Assembly (NCBI RefSeq): GCF_963921235.1
Contig: NC_086097.1
Coordinates: forward strand, 247,382,001-247,446,000
DNA from: Mobula hypostoma
Taxonomy: Eukaryota
Reading direction: 5' to 3'
DNA: 64,000 bases
Numbering within the stretch: the first letter of the stretch is position 1; the number at the start of each line of letters is the position of its first letter. The translations under genes were made by a program, and so were the position numbers. A model generated the notes under the pieces. That model was given only the letters and a program-made list of their open reading frames with translations, did no database searches and was not told where the DNA came from. Positions 24,246 to 37,373 of this stretch are shown piece by piece.

Positions 24246-25410
24246 TGACTCACCCCGGCCGAGACCCTTCTTCAGAACCCTTGCAAAGATGTTTCTTTTC
24301 GCTGTAAAGCTAGTTCAGTGACAACGCTGAACACAATGAACAGGGCATGGATAACCTCACTTACCTCAAAGCAGAACCGACTCCACAAACTATAGACTCA
24401 GGGACTCTACAACTCATTTTCTCAGTATTATTTATTTCTTTTTTATTATTTTGACAATTTGTATTCTTGAACCTATTGGTTGCTTTTCAGTCTTTCTTTA
24501 CGCAGAGTTTGGCATAAATTCTACTGTAATTGTTCTTCTGTAAATGCAAGGAAATGAATCTCAGGGTTGTATATGGTGACATGGATGTACTTTGATAATA
24601 AATTTACTTTGAACTTTGAACACATTGTTTTCCCAGCAGTTCTCCATTGTTTCCATCGAAATGTCTTCACAATGCAGTGGAGTCCAATATTGTCAGAAGC
24701 AGTAAATTACAGGCTGATTTTCTCGGAAGCACTGGAGCCAATTTTAGTGCACTAGGCTGTGATCAGCCAACTTCGGATAAATCTCATATCTTGTGGTCTG
24801 GAAATCAATTGTGAGATGGAAAAAAAATGGTCTAATATTCTAACTAAAGACATATATATGTAATAAAAAGAAATATACTGATAAAAGAGCAGTCAAATAT
24901 ACAAGAGGACTATGCCAATATGACTCTGATAAAGGATGCTGTTTTTGAAAATAAGACTTTCAAAATATTGCCATAAAATTTTAATAATACTTTATTCTTT
25001 GGAACGTAGAGAATTGAGGGGAGATTTGATAGAGGCATACAAAATTATGAAGGGTATAGATAGGGTAAATGCAAGCAGGCTTTTTCCACTGAGGTTGGGT
25101 GAAATGTTTAAGGGGAACTTGAGGGGAAACTTCTTCACTCAGAGGGTCGTGAGAGTGTGGAACGAGCTGTCAGCCTGCTCTCGATACTCCAAATGAGGCC
25201 TCGCTAGTGATTTATAAAGTTTCAACAACATATCCTCCTTTACATTCTCATCCTCTGGAAATGAATGCTAACATCGCATTTGCCTTCCTCACCACTGACA
25301 GCCTGCAAATTAACCCTTAGGGAATCCTGCACGAGGACTCTGAAGTCCTTTTGCCACTCAGTTTTTTGAATTTTCTCTCCATTTAGAATATAGTCAACCA
25401 TTTCATTTGT

Positions 25411-28400
25411 TAGACCATAAGACCACAGGATCATTATAGGGCCATTCAGCCCATCGAGTCTGCTCCACCATTCCATCATGGCTGATCCCACTCAATCCCA
25501 TACACGTACCTTCTCATCATTTCCTTTGATGCCCTGACCAATCAGGGAACTATCAACTTATGCTTTAAATATACCCACGGATTTGGCCTCCATCGTAGTC
25601 TGTGGCAGAGCATTCCACAGATTCACTGCTCTCTGACTAAAAAAAAAATTCCTCCTTACCTCTGTTCTAGAAGGTTGCCTCTCAATTTTGAGGCTGTGCT
25701 CTCTAGTTCTTGATACACCCACCATAAGAAGCATCCTTTACACATCCACCCTATCTAGTCCTTTCAACATTCGGTAGGTTTCAATGAGATGCCCATGCAT
25801 TCTTCTAAATTCCAGTGAGTACAGGCCCAAAGTTGCCTACACTCCTCATATGTTAACCCCTTCATTCCTGGAATCATCTTTGTGAACCTCCTCTGGACTC
25901 TCTCCAATGACAACACATCCTTTCTGAGATATGAGGCCCAAAACTTTTGACAATATTCCAGGTGCTGCCTGTCTAGTGTCTTATAAAGCCTCAGCATTAT
26001 CTCCTTGTTTTTGTATTCTATTCCACTCGAAATAAATACCAACAATGCACTTGCCTTCTTTACCACAGACTCAACTAGTAAATGAACCTTCTGCGAGTCC
26101 TGCACAAGGATTCCTAAGTCCCTCTGCACCTCTGATGTTTGAACCTTTTCCCCATTTAGATAATAGACTGCACTATTGTTCCTTTTACCAAAATGCATTA
26201 TCATACATTTCCCAACACTGTATTCCATCTGCCACTTTTTTGCTCATTCTTCCAATTTGTCTCGGTCCTGCTGCAACCACATTGCTTCCTCAGCACTACC
26301 TACCCCTCCACCTATCTTCATATCATAGAACATAGAACATAGAATAGTACAGCACATTACAGGCCCTTCGGCCCACAATGTTGTGCTGCCCCTCAAACCC
26401 TGCCTTCCATATAAGCCCCCACCTTAAATTTCTCCATATACCTGTCCAGTAGTCTCTTAAACTTCACTAGTGTATCTGTCTCCACCACTGACTCAGGCAG
26501 TGCATTCCACGCACCAACACTCTCTGAGTAAAAAACCTTCCTCTAATATCCCCCTTGAACTTCCCACCCCTTACCTTAAAGCCATGTCCTCTTGTATTGA
26601 GCAGTGGTGCCCTGGGGAAGAGGTGCTGGCTATCCACTCTATCTATTCCTCTTATTATCTTGTACACCTCCATCATGTCTCCTCTCATCCTCCTTCCCTC
26701 CAAAGAGTAAAGCCCGAGCTCCCTTAATCTCTGATCATAATGCATACTCTCTAAATCAGGCAGCATCCTGGTAAATCTCCTCTGTACCCTTTCTAATGCT
26801 TCCACATCCTTCCTATAGTGAGGTGACCAGAACTGGACACAGTACTCCAAGTGTGGCCTAACCAGAGTTTTACAGAGCTGCATCATTACATCGCGGCTCT
26901 TAAACTCTATCCCTCGACTTATGAAAGATAATACCCCATAAGCTTTTTTAACTACCCTATCTACCTGTGAGGCAACTTTCAGGGATCTGGGGACATGTAC
27001 CCCCAGATCCTTCTGCTCCTCCACACTACCAAGTATCCTGCCATTTACTTTGTACTCTGCCTTGGAGTTTGTCCTTCCAAAGTGTACCACCTCACACTTC
27101 TCCGGGTTGAACTCCATCTACCACTTCTCAGCCCATTTCTGCATCCTATCAATATCGCTCTGCAATCTTCGACAATCCTCTACACTATCTACAACACCAC
27201 CAACCTTTGTATCGTCTGCAAACTTGCCAACCCACCCTTCTACCCCCACATCCAGGTTGTTAATAAAAATCATGAAAAGATGAGGTCCCAGCACAGATCC
27301 TTGTGGGACACCACTAGTCACAACCCTCCAATCTGAATGTACTCCCTCCACCATGACCCTCTGCCTTCTGCAGGGAAGCCAATTCTGAATCCAACTGGCC
27401 AAACTTCCCTGGATTCCATGCCTTCTGACTTTCTGAATAAGCCTACCATGTGGAACCTTGTCAAATACCTTACTAAAATCCATGTAGATCATCCACAAAC
27501 TTTGCCATAAAGCCATCAATTCCATTATCTAAATCATTGACAAACAATGTGAAAAGCAGCAGTCCCAATACTGACCCCTGTGGAACACCACTAGTCACTG
27601 GCAGCCAACCAGTCTCATTCCCAGTCTCCTGTTTGTCAGCCATTCCTCTATCCATGCCAGTATCTTTCTTGCAACGCTGTAGGATTTTATCTTGTTAAGC
27701 AGCCTCATGTGTGGCACCTTATCAAATGCCTTCTGAAAATCCAAGTAACTGACATCCACTGCCTCTCCTTTGTCCACCCTGTTTGTTACTTCCTTGAAGA
27801 ACTCTAACAGACTTGTCAGGCAAGATTTCCCTTTGCAGAAACCAAGCTGACTTTGATTTATTTTATCATTCGTCTCCAAGTACCCCAAAACCTCACCCTT
27901 AAGAATAGACTCTAACACTTTCCCAAGCACTGAGGTTAGGCTAACTGACCTATAGTTTCCTTTCTTTTTGCCTTCCTCCCTTATGAAGGCATAGAGTGAC
28001 ATTTGCAATCTTCCATTCCTCTGGGACCATGCCAGAATCAAGTGATTTTTGAAAGATCATGACCATTCCATCATTATCTCTTCAGCAAACTCTCTCAGGA
28101 CTCTGGGATGTAGTCCATCTGGGTCAGGTGACTTACCCACCTTGCGACCTTTCAGTTTGCTTAGCACTTTTTCCTCTGTAATAGCAATGGCACTCACTCC
28201 TAGCTTTTTTAGTTTCCTTTTGATGGATTTTAAAAGCTTCCCAATCATCCGGCTTCCCACTTCCTTTTGCTACCTTATATGCCCTTTCCTTGGCTTTTAC
28301 TTCCCTTGTCAGCCATGGTTGCCTACCCCTACCATTTGAGAACTTCTTCTTCTGTGGGACATAACTATCGTCCACCTTGTGAACTATTCCCAGAAGTGTC

Positions 28401-29820
28401 CGCCACCATTGCTCTGCTGTCATCCCCGCCAGTATCCTCCTCCAATCCACTGGGGCAAGCTCCTCTCTCATGCCTCTGTAATTCCCTTTATTCCCATTGT
28501 GATATTGATTCATGTGACATGCTTCTCCCTCTCAAATTGCAGTATGAATTCAATTATATTTTGATCACTGTCTCCTAAGGGTTCTTTTACATTAAGATCT
28601 AAGATAGCCTTTCCCTTAGTAGGTTCAAGCACAAGCTGCTCTAAAAAGCCAACTCATAGGCATTCAACAAATTCCCTCTCTTGCGATCCAATACCAAACT
28701 GATTTTCCCAATTCCTCTGTATATTGAAGTCCCCCATTACAATTGCGACATTACCCTTATTTCATGCCTTTTCCAGCTCCCTTTGCAATCTCAAAATCTT
28801 GGCCGATATATGATTCCCGTAATGGTTTTTTTTACCCTTGCAATTTCTTAACCCCATCCACAAAGATTCAACATTCTCTGATCCTATGTCTCCTCTTTCT
28901 AAAGATGTAATTCCATCTCTTGCCAACAGAGCCACACCACTACCAATGCCTTTCTGCCTGTCCCTTTGATACAAATACATCCTTTGATGTTAAGCTCCCA
29001 ACTATGGCCTTCTTTCAGCCACGATTCAGTGATGCCCACAATGTCATACTGACCAATCTCTAATTGCACCCAAGTTTGTCCACCTTATTCCTAATGCTAT
29101 GCGCATTTAAATACAGTACCTTCAGTCCTGCATTCTTTGCCCCTTTGAACTTTGCCTCTGTGGTACAATTTAACACTTTGCTCTGTCTGCATCTGTACCC
29201 AATCATTGGATTGTCCTTCCTTACATTAACATTACATCCATCACCTACTTGTAAACCTGCTGGCTCATCGTTAGCTCTATTAATTTGGTTCCCATCCCCC
29301 TGCCGTATTAGTTTAAACCACTCCCAACAGCTCCAGTAAACCTGCCCGCAAGAATATTGGTCCCCCTCAGATTCAAGTTGCAACATGTCCATTTTTCACA
29401 GGTCCCACCTGCCCCAGAAGGGGTCCCAATTACCCAGAAACTCTTGCTCCAATTCTTTAGCCACACATTTATCTGCTACCTCATTCTATTCCTATCCTCA
29501 CTGTCGCGTGGCACAGGCAGCAATTCTGAGATTATTACACCAGAGGTCCTGTTTCTCAGCTTCCTTCCTAACCCCCTGTAGTCTTTTTTTCAGGAGCTCT
29601 TCCCTTTTTCTATCTATATCCTTGGTATGATTATGAAAAACGACTTCTGGCTGCTCACCCTCCCATTTCAGGATATTGTGGACAGGTTCAGAAACATCAC
29701 AGATCCTGGCACCAGGGAGGCAAACTTTCATCTGTGTTCTTTTTTGCATCCACAGAATTGCCTATCTGTACCCCTAACTATATAGTCCCCTATTACTGCT
29801 GCCACCCCCTTCAGTTTCCT
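25411..29820 (-). mobile_element. Long degenerate CR1 (ORF1 esterase, EN, RT) interrupted by a younger CR1 at about 26325-27490
   Basis: KVCLPGARICDV (GDSL esterase), LKVLYLNAHSIRNKVD, YLDFQKAFDKVPH; the RT FVDD motif is split by the insert. Confidence 0.85.
26325..27490 (-). mobile_element. Young CR1 3' part nested in CR1
   Basis: ORFs 27118-27525 and 26467-27117 (KFADDTK, RPHLEYCVQFWSPH); (catagaa)n tail; same subfamily as 31040-31445 and 57241-61480. Confidence 0.9.
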
Positions 29821-29824
29821 ACCC

Positions 29825-30475
29825 TTCTGAACCATGGGCTTGTAGCTTGCTAAGCAGCCTCATGTGTGATACCTTGTCAAAGGCCTTCTGAAAATCCAAG
29901 TATACAACATCCACCAATTCTCCTTTGTCTATCCTGCTTGTTATTTTTTCAAAGAATTCCAACAGATTTGTCAGGCAAGATTTTCCCTTGAGGAAACCAT
30001 GCTGACTACGGCCTATTTTATCATGTGCCCCCAAGTACCTTGAGACCTCATCCTCAATAATCGACTCCAACATCTTATCAAACACTAAAGTCAGACTAAC
30101 TGGCCTATAGTTTCCTTTCTTTTGCCTCTCTCCCTTCTTGAAGAGTGGAGAGACATCTGTAATTTTCCAGTCTTCCGGAACCATTCCGGAATCTCTTCAG
30201 CCATCTTTTTTAGAACTCTGGGGAGTACACAATCAGGTGCAGGTGACTTATCTACCATCAGACCTTTCAGTTTCCCAAGAACCTTCTCTCTAGTAATGGT
30301 AACTTCACACAATTCATGACCCCTGACACCTGGAACTTCCACCATACTGCTATTGTTTTCCACCGTGAAGACTGATTCAAAATATTTATTCAGTTCACCC
30401 ACTATTTTACTGTCCCCCATTACTACCTCTCCAGCATCATCTTCCAGTGATATCTGCCCTCACTTTTCTTTTACA
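29825..30475 (-). mobile_element. CR1 ORF2 internal fragment
   Basis: VPEDWKITDVSPLFKKG..NYRPVSLT..QHGFLKGKSCLTNLLEFF. Confidence 0.85.
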
Positions 30476-31039
30476 TCAGAGGAAGACCTGAGAACTCAAG
30501 CAGGATGATAAAATGAAAGTGATTCTGTGACCTCCTCTGGTCTTAGAGCATGAGGGAGCACAGTTTTAAGATGATTGGAGGAAAGTACAGGGGGGATGTC
30601 AGAGGCAGGTTATTTTCAACTGAGAGTGGTGGGTGTGTGTAACGCCCTGTCATTGTAGGTGCTAGAGGCAGATACATTAGGGGCATTTAAGAAACTGCTG
30701 GATAGATACATGGATGATAGAAAAATGGAAGGCTATGTAGGAGGGAAGGGTTAGATTGACCTTGGGCTAGGTTAATAGGACAGCACAACAATGTGAACCG
30801 AAGGGCCTGAACTGTGTGGTCTTCTATTACTGACAGCCATCTGCAGTAAGCACCAGGTACAATTCTTCTTTCACTGTCATGTGTGTTACCTAAAAACATT
30901 TTCTTATCTTATATCCTATTTTGAATAATTTAAGAAACTTTTTACACCTTGACCCTAGGACCACAACACACAGGAGCAGAATTAGGTCATTTGGCCCATC
31001 ACATCTGCTCCCAGCTATCGTTAATACTTTTCGGAGATT

Positions 31040-31445
31040 ATGGAACATAGAACATAGAAAAGTACAGCACAGTACCGGCCCTTTGGCCCACAATGTTGTG
31101 CCGACCCTCAAACCCTGCCTTCCATATAAGCCCCCACCTTAAATTCCTCCATATACCTGTCTAGTAGTCTCTTAAACTTCACTAGTGTATCTGCCTCCAC
31201 CACTGACTCAGGCAGTGCATTCCACGCACCAACCACTCTCTAAGTAAAAAACCTTCCTCTAATATCCCCCTTGAACTTCCCACCCCTTACCTTAAAGCCA
31301 TGTCCTCTTGTATTGAGCAGTGGTGCCCTGGGGAAGAGGCGCTGGCTATCCACTCTATCTATTCCTCTTATTATCTTGTACACCTCAATCATGTCTCCTC
31401 TCATCCTCCTTCTCTCCAAAGAGTAAAGCCCTAGCTCCCTTATCT
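31040..31445 (-). mobile_element. CR1 3' fragment
   Basis: RELGLYSLERRRMRGDMIEVYKI; (catagaa)n tail. Confidence 0.85.
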
Positions 31446-33311
31446 GCCTGACGTGAGTGGTTGCGTAAGCAGGACTTGTGATATGCACTGGCTGCTCATA
31501 CAACCATCCACCAGCTGCTTCCATGGCTTCACCTGACCCTGATCAGGGGAGATAAGCAGGTACTACACCTTGCCCAAGGGTGGCCTGCAGGGCAGTGGAG
31601 GGAAGTAGCGACTCACATCTCCTTTGGTAGAACCATATCTTCACCCTGCTACCCTGTCTAGTCATGAGGGGATGCTTTTCAGGACTGAGATAAGGAGAAA
31701 AATGAAAAGAAAGGCATATGCTAGAAACCTGAAACAAACAGGTATTGCTAGAAACACTCATGAGGTCAGGGCGGCATCTGTGAAATGGAAAACAGCTAAC
31801 ATTTTAGGAGTGGGACCCTTCATCAAAACAGGAAGGGTGGTAGATCCGTGGAATTCTCTACCTCAGAGGGCAGCCGACACAAAACCATTAAATATGTTCA
31901 AGGTGTTTTTAGTTATAGTTCTTATGGTTACAGGATTCTATAAGATGAGTTTTATTTGCCACATGCACACAGAAACGTGCAGACAAATGTGCCATTGGCA
32001 ACAAATCAAATCAGTGAAGGTGTGCTGGGCAGCATGCAAGTGTCTCCCTGCTTCCAGCACCAACGTAGCATGACCGACACGTGCCAAGGATGTTCTGGGG
32101 GCAGCCCACAAGTGTCGCCACACATTCCGGTGCCAACATAGCATTCCCACAATGCTCAGTGGAACAAAACAGAACACAACAAGCAATGAAACAACAACAG
32201 CAAAACATATCTTGCTTCTCCCTCCCACCCGCACACAGACACAGTCCTCCAATGCCAGGACTGTCCACCTCTGGTCTCCAGTCTCCAGTGGAGACACTGA
32301 GTTCAACTTTCCCAGTGAACTCGCAGACTCAGAATTCCAGCGTGTTTCTGTGCAATACTGCTCTTCGTCTCTATGATTGACCAACTCTCCAAATGTGCAT
32401 TAGTAATTGACTTTTTTTTGGGTGGCTGCTGAGGCTCTTCAAGTATCCCGTGCTTTACAAAGTTCTCTGAAGTTGTAGTAGTGGGAATTGATGTAAAATA
32501 TACTGGTTCAACCCCCAGCATTGGGAACTTACTGTGGAGTGTCGGTCAGAACATGACATTCAGCAAAAAAATAACAACATTCAACTATGGTAAAGAATAA
32601 AGAATTACACAAAAATAAATTAGAGGTTAAAGTACAGATATGGAATTCAATGTTATAAATACCACCATGTATTTACAATGTATACAGCATTATAAAAAAT
32701 GATTTCAAATTTTTTTCAGTGCAGTGATTGAGGTAATAGAGAGAGGGGTTGGCGGGGGAGTAAGCAGAATGGTTAATCAGATTGGGGGAAAGCAAATTTT
32801 AAGACGTTGTGGTTTTTGTTTTAACAGCCCTGTTGCACTTTCCAGAAGGGAGTGTAACATGCTGTAAGGTTTCACTGCTAATGTAATGGCCTCTCTGTAA
32901 TGTTTCACTGCTAAGGTTAAGGAAATGGTTTCTCAGTAGCAGCGATGTTTGGGTTATGACTAGAGATAACGGGAAATGTTAGCCAATGAGCGGGATGTTA
33001 TTCCTGTATGTCTGGGAGCAGGGATTTTGCGGTCTTTTGTCAGGGAGAGATGAAGAGAGAGGACGTGAATGGAGAGAGCTGGTGGACCACTGGATGGAGT
33101 GGACTGAGGAGCGAGGGTCCGAGGGTTGGCTACGCTCGGAGGATGATGGGAACAAATGGACGACACTGTGAGCTCCATTGTTTGCGTATCAGACTGTTTC
33201 ATGAGAATGGGCCCGTTTCTTTTTTTTGTTTCTTTACCAACCACATAGTCAAATTAAGAATTATAAAGCTCAATTGTTTAATCACATATTGTGTACTGTT
33301 TGTTATTTCGC

Positions 33312-34270
33312 AGTAGATATTCGTATTCCGGATGAATTGTTAACTCGCCTGTTAAGTACTGTTAAAGTTGCGATTGTGGGTGGAGGTTTGATAAAATGGC
33401 GGGCGCAGTTATTCTTTTAAAGCAGACCAGCGCTGATGTTGCGGTAGCTAGGGGAGGGGGCAGAGATTTCAAAGACAGGGTTCTATCGTTTCTGAGGAGT
33501 GAGGGGAAGGAGTAGTTGGATTTGGAATGTCTAATTACACGTCTCCCAGTGAAGAGTGAGAATTCTGAGTTAGTATCCGCCCTTACCTCTCTGGCGAATA
33601 AATGGAAAAATGCCCAAGTTCAAAGTCCCTGCTGTGGTAGGCTCTGCCTATTCTCTGGAATTACGCCCACCCCTAAAGGGGAGGAGGAGTATGAGACTTG
33701 GGCAGAGTGGACCTCTCAGTTGTCAGATGAGTGGCAGTGCTCTGATGAGGTAAAGCAACAGAAACTGGTTGAAAGTTTGAATGGGCAGGCTGCTGACTTG
33801 GTGAGAGCTGTCAGGTTGAAATATGCTGTCAATTATCTGCAAGCACTGGACAATGCTTTTGGCCCGACAGGAAGCCCAATGGAGCTCATGGTGGGGTTTC
33901 AGAACATGCATCAGGAGAAGGGGAGAAGGTTTCTGCTTTTATTTTTGGCTAGAGAGGCAGCTAAATTGCTCGTGGCGCAGAGGGGTCATTCAGGCGGCTG
34001 AGGTGGATCAGTTAAGGATGGACCAGATAGCCAGGGGTGCCCAGTCCCATGACCTGATTGCTTGGGGTCTCCGTCAGTCTCGTAAGATGTGCCCCCTCCA
34101 TCTTTTGTTGAGCTGATCAGAGAGGTACGGGAAGAGGAGAATGCGCTGGAGGGCTCTGTCAACAGGGTACAGTCCTCAGTAGTGGTTCCCTGCAGTGAGG
34201 TGACCACAGATAGCCTATCCCGGGGGGCGGTAAAGGAGATTGTGGCAGAGTTGAGAACAGAGATGTTTTG
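33312..34270 (+). pseudogene. PNMA/MOAP1-like Gag, disrupted
   Basis: RLCLFSGITPTPKGEEEYETWAEWTSQLSDEWQCSDEVKQQKLVESLNGQAADLVR..YLQALDNAFG..PPSFVELIREVREEE resembles the PNMA capsid domain. Confidence 0.8.
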
Positions 34271-36173
34271 AGCTGCTTTTGAGGAAGTGCGTGGCTGCAT
34301 TAGGCCGGATACCGAATTTAGACGAGGGACTGTGTGGTTCACCCAGTCGAAGCCTAGGGTGGTACGGCCCGGGGAAGTAGCGAGAGTAATGGGGACTCCC
34401 AAATTTCCAAGAGTGCCTAAGGGTGAGACCCTCTTAGTGGACGCTCCGGAAGACCACGAGGGGGGGGGTCGAGATTTCCTGCTGGGGTATTGGTGAGGCC
34501 CGAATTGCAGAAGCCCTCGGGTGTACAGGCAAGCAGGATGGCAGTGATTGTCAGGAACACTACGAAGAGGGAGGTCACCTTCAAGCGGAGAATGCCCTGG
34601 TGCATCTCTTCCCGGTGACGGTAATGTCTCGTGTCCCGTGAGGCACGTCGGGGAGAAACTATTGGAAAAAGGGGGAAAGTTGACATCTGAGTCATTCAAC
34701 TTTGGGGACTCCCCGGTTCCTGCAGTTTGGAAGAGGAGTTTGGTAGAGAAGATTTTGAAGCTGGAAGGTGTCTTTTCCACTGGCGAGTTTGATGTGAGTT
34801 GTTCCAAGAGCACTTGTCACACTATCCGGGTGACTGAGGATACCCCATTCAGAGAAAGGTCAAGGCGGCTAGCCCCTGCAGACGTGGAAGATGTTCGGCA
34901 GCATTTGTGTAAGTTGAAGGAAGCTGGGATCATCAGTGAGTCCTGAAGCCACTGTGCATCCCCAATAGTAGTAGCCCGAAAGAAGAATGGGAAGGTACGG
35001 ATGTGCGTGGACTATAGGACTCTGAACAGGCACACCGTCCCTGACCAGAATACATTCCCAAGGATCGAAGGCGCACTGGCCCGTCTGAGTGGTGCGAAGT
35101 GGTTCTATGTACTGGACTTGAGGAGTGGATATTACCAGATCCCCACGACTAAGGCCGACAAAGAGAAGACGGCATTTATATGTCCCCTGGGATTCTTCCA
35201 GTTTGAAAGGATGCCCCAGGGCATCTCGGAGCTCCTGCAACCTTCCAGCGGGTCATGGAGAAGACGGTGGGGGATATGACCTTGCTTGAGGTATTGGTAT
35301 ATCCGGATGACCTCACAGTGTTTGGATCCACCTTGGAAGAACATGAAGCGAGGCTGCTGAAGGTGCTGGGCTGCCTGAAAGCTGAAGGGTTAAAACTTTC
35401 CCTGGATAAGTGCCAGTTCTGCCAAACATCTGTTAGCTATGTTGGGCACATGGAATGGAGTAGCTACAGATCTGGTTAAGATAGAGGCAGTTACCACTTG
35501 GCCAAGATCCCAGACTATGAGCGCTCCGCACTCGTTTCTCGGGTTCTGTGGTTTGTGAAAGGCTGCGTGAAAGTGAGTCACCCATTGAATCAGCTTCTGT
35601 GTGGTTACCCTCCCTCGGGGAAGAAAGGGAGGGGGATAAAGGGACAGGAGGGTGGAGAGTATCTTTGGCCTTCGGAGCTCTTTGGACCGAGGTGGGATGC
35701 AAAATATGAGGAGGCCTTTCAGTTGCTGAAGGAGCTGCTGACCCAGGCGCCGGTGCTGGCATTTGCAGACCCCCAATTGCCGTATGTACTGCACACGGAT
35801 GCCAGCCAAGAGGGTTTAGGGGGTATCCTGTATCAGGATCAGGGCACTGGGTTGAGACCCGTTGCGTTTTTCAGCCAGAGTCTGTTGCCCTCCGAGAAAA
35901 ACTATCCTACGCACAAGTTGGAGTTTCTGGCGTTGAAATGGGTGGTGGTAGATAAGCTAAGTGACTACCACAATGGGACCAAGTTTGAGGTGAGGACGGA
36001 CAACACCCCCTAACTTGTATCCTGACCTTGGCGAAACTGGATGCCACAGCCCATTGGTGGTTGGTGGCATTGTCTGCCTATGATTTCAGCCTGAAGTACT
36101 GGCTGGGAAGCAGGAACATTGATGCTGATGCCTTGTCCCGACGGGCGCATGAGGGACTGGTCAGGGATGAGGA

Positions 36174-37373
36174 AGAGCAGTAGATATAGATGTAGATGTA
36201 GAATATGATTTCAGCAAGGCATTTGATAAGGTACCCCATGTAAGGCTTATTGTGAAAGTAAGGAGGCATGGGATCCAAGGGGACATTGCTTTGTGGATCC
36301 AGAACTGCCTTGCCCACAGAAGGCAAAGAGTGGTTATAGATGGGTCATTTTCTGCATGGAGGTCTCAGTGGTGTGCCTCAGGGATCTGTTCTGGGACCCT
36401 TACTCTTCATGATTTTTATAAATGACCTGGATGAGAAAGTGGAAGGATGGGTTAGTAAATTTGCTGATCACACAAAGGTTGGAGCTGTTGTAGATAGTGT
36501 GGAGGGCTGTCAGAGGTCACAGCGGGACATTGATAGAATGCAAAACTGGGCTGAGAAGTGGCAGATGGAGTTCAACCCAGATAAGTGTGAAGTGGTTCAT
36601 TTTGGTAGGTCAAATATGATGGCAGAATATAGTATTAATGATAAGACTCTTGTCAGTGTAGAGGATCAGAGAGATCTTGGGGTCTATAGGATGCTCAAAG
36701 CAGCTGCACAGGTTGACACTGTGGTTAAGAAGGCGTACGGTATATTGGCCTTCATCAATTGCGGAATTGAATTTAGGAGCCGAGAGGTAATGTTGCAGCT
36801 ATATAGGACCCTAGTCAGACTCCACATTGGAGTACTGTGCTCAGTTCTGGTCGCCTCACTACAGGAAGGATGTGGAAGCCATAGAAAGGGTGCAGAGGAG
36901 ATTTACAAGGATGTTGCCTGGATTGGGGAGCATGCCTTATGAAAACATGTTGAGTGAACTCGGCTTTTTCTCCTTGGAGTGACAGAGGATGAGAGGTGAC
37001 CTGATAGAGATGTATAAGATGATGAGAGAGGCATTGATCGTGTGGATAGTCAGAGGCTTTTTCCCAGGGCTGAAATGGTTGTCACAAGAGGACACAGGTT
37101 TAAGGTGCTGGGGAGCAGGTACAGAGGAGATGTCAGGGGTAAGTTTTTTACTCAGAGAGTGGTGAGTGCGTGGAATGGGCTGCCGGCAATGGTGGTAGAG
37201 GCAGATACAATAGGGTCTTTTAAGAGACCTTTGGATAGGTACATGGAGCTCAGTAAAATAAAGGGCAATGGGGAAGCCTAGTAATTTCTAAGGTAAGGAC
37301 ATGTTTGGCACAACTTTGTGGGCCGAAGGGCCTGTATTGTGCTGTAGGTTTTCTATGTTTCTATGTTTCTATA
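36174..37373 (+). mobile_element. CR1 3' part inserted in Gypsy pol
   Basis: 200-aa RT ORF 36340-36942; (ctatgttt)n tail. Gypsy reading DADALSRRAHEGLVRDEE|WESVSAPG resumes across it. Confidence 0.9.

Noticed and set aside
33986..34813. 275-aa minus-strand ORF
   Set aside because: Antisense to Gypsy gag-pol with no recognisable motif.
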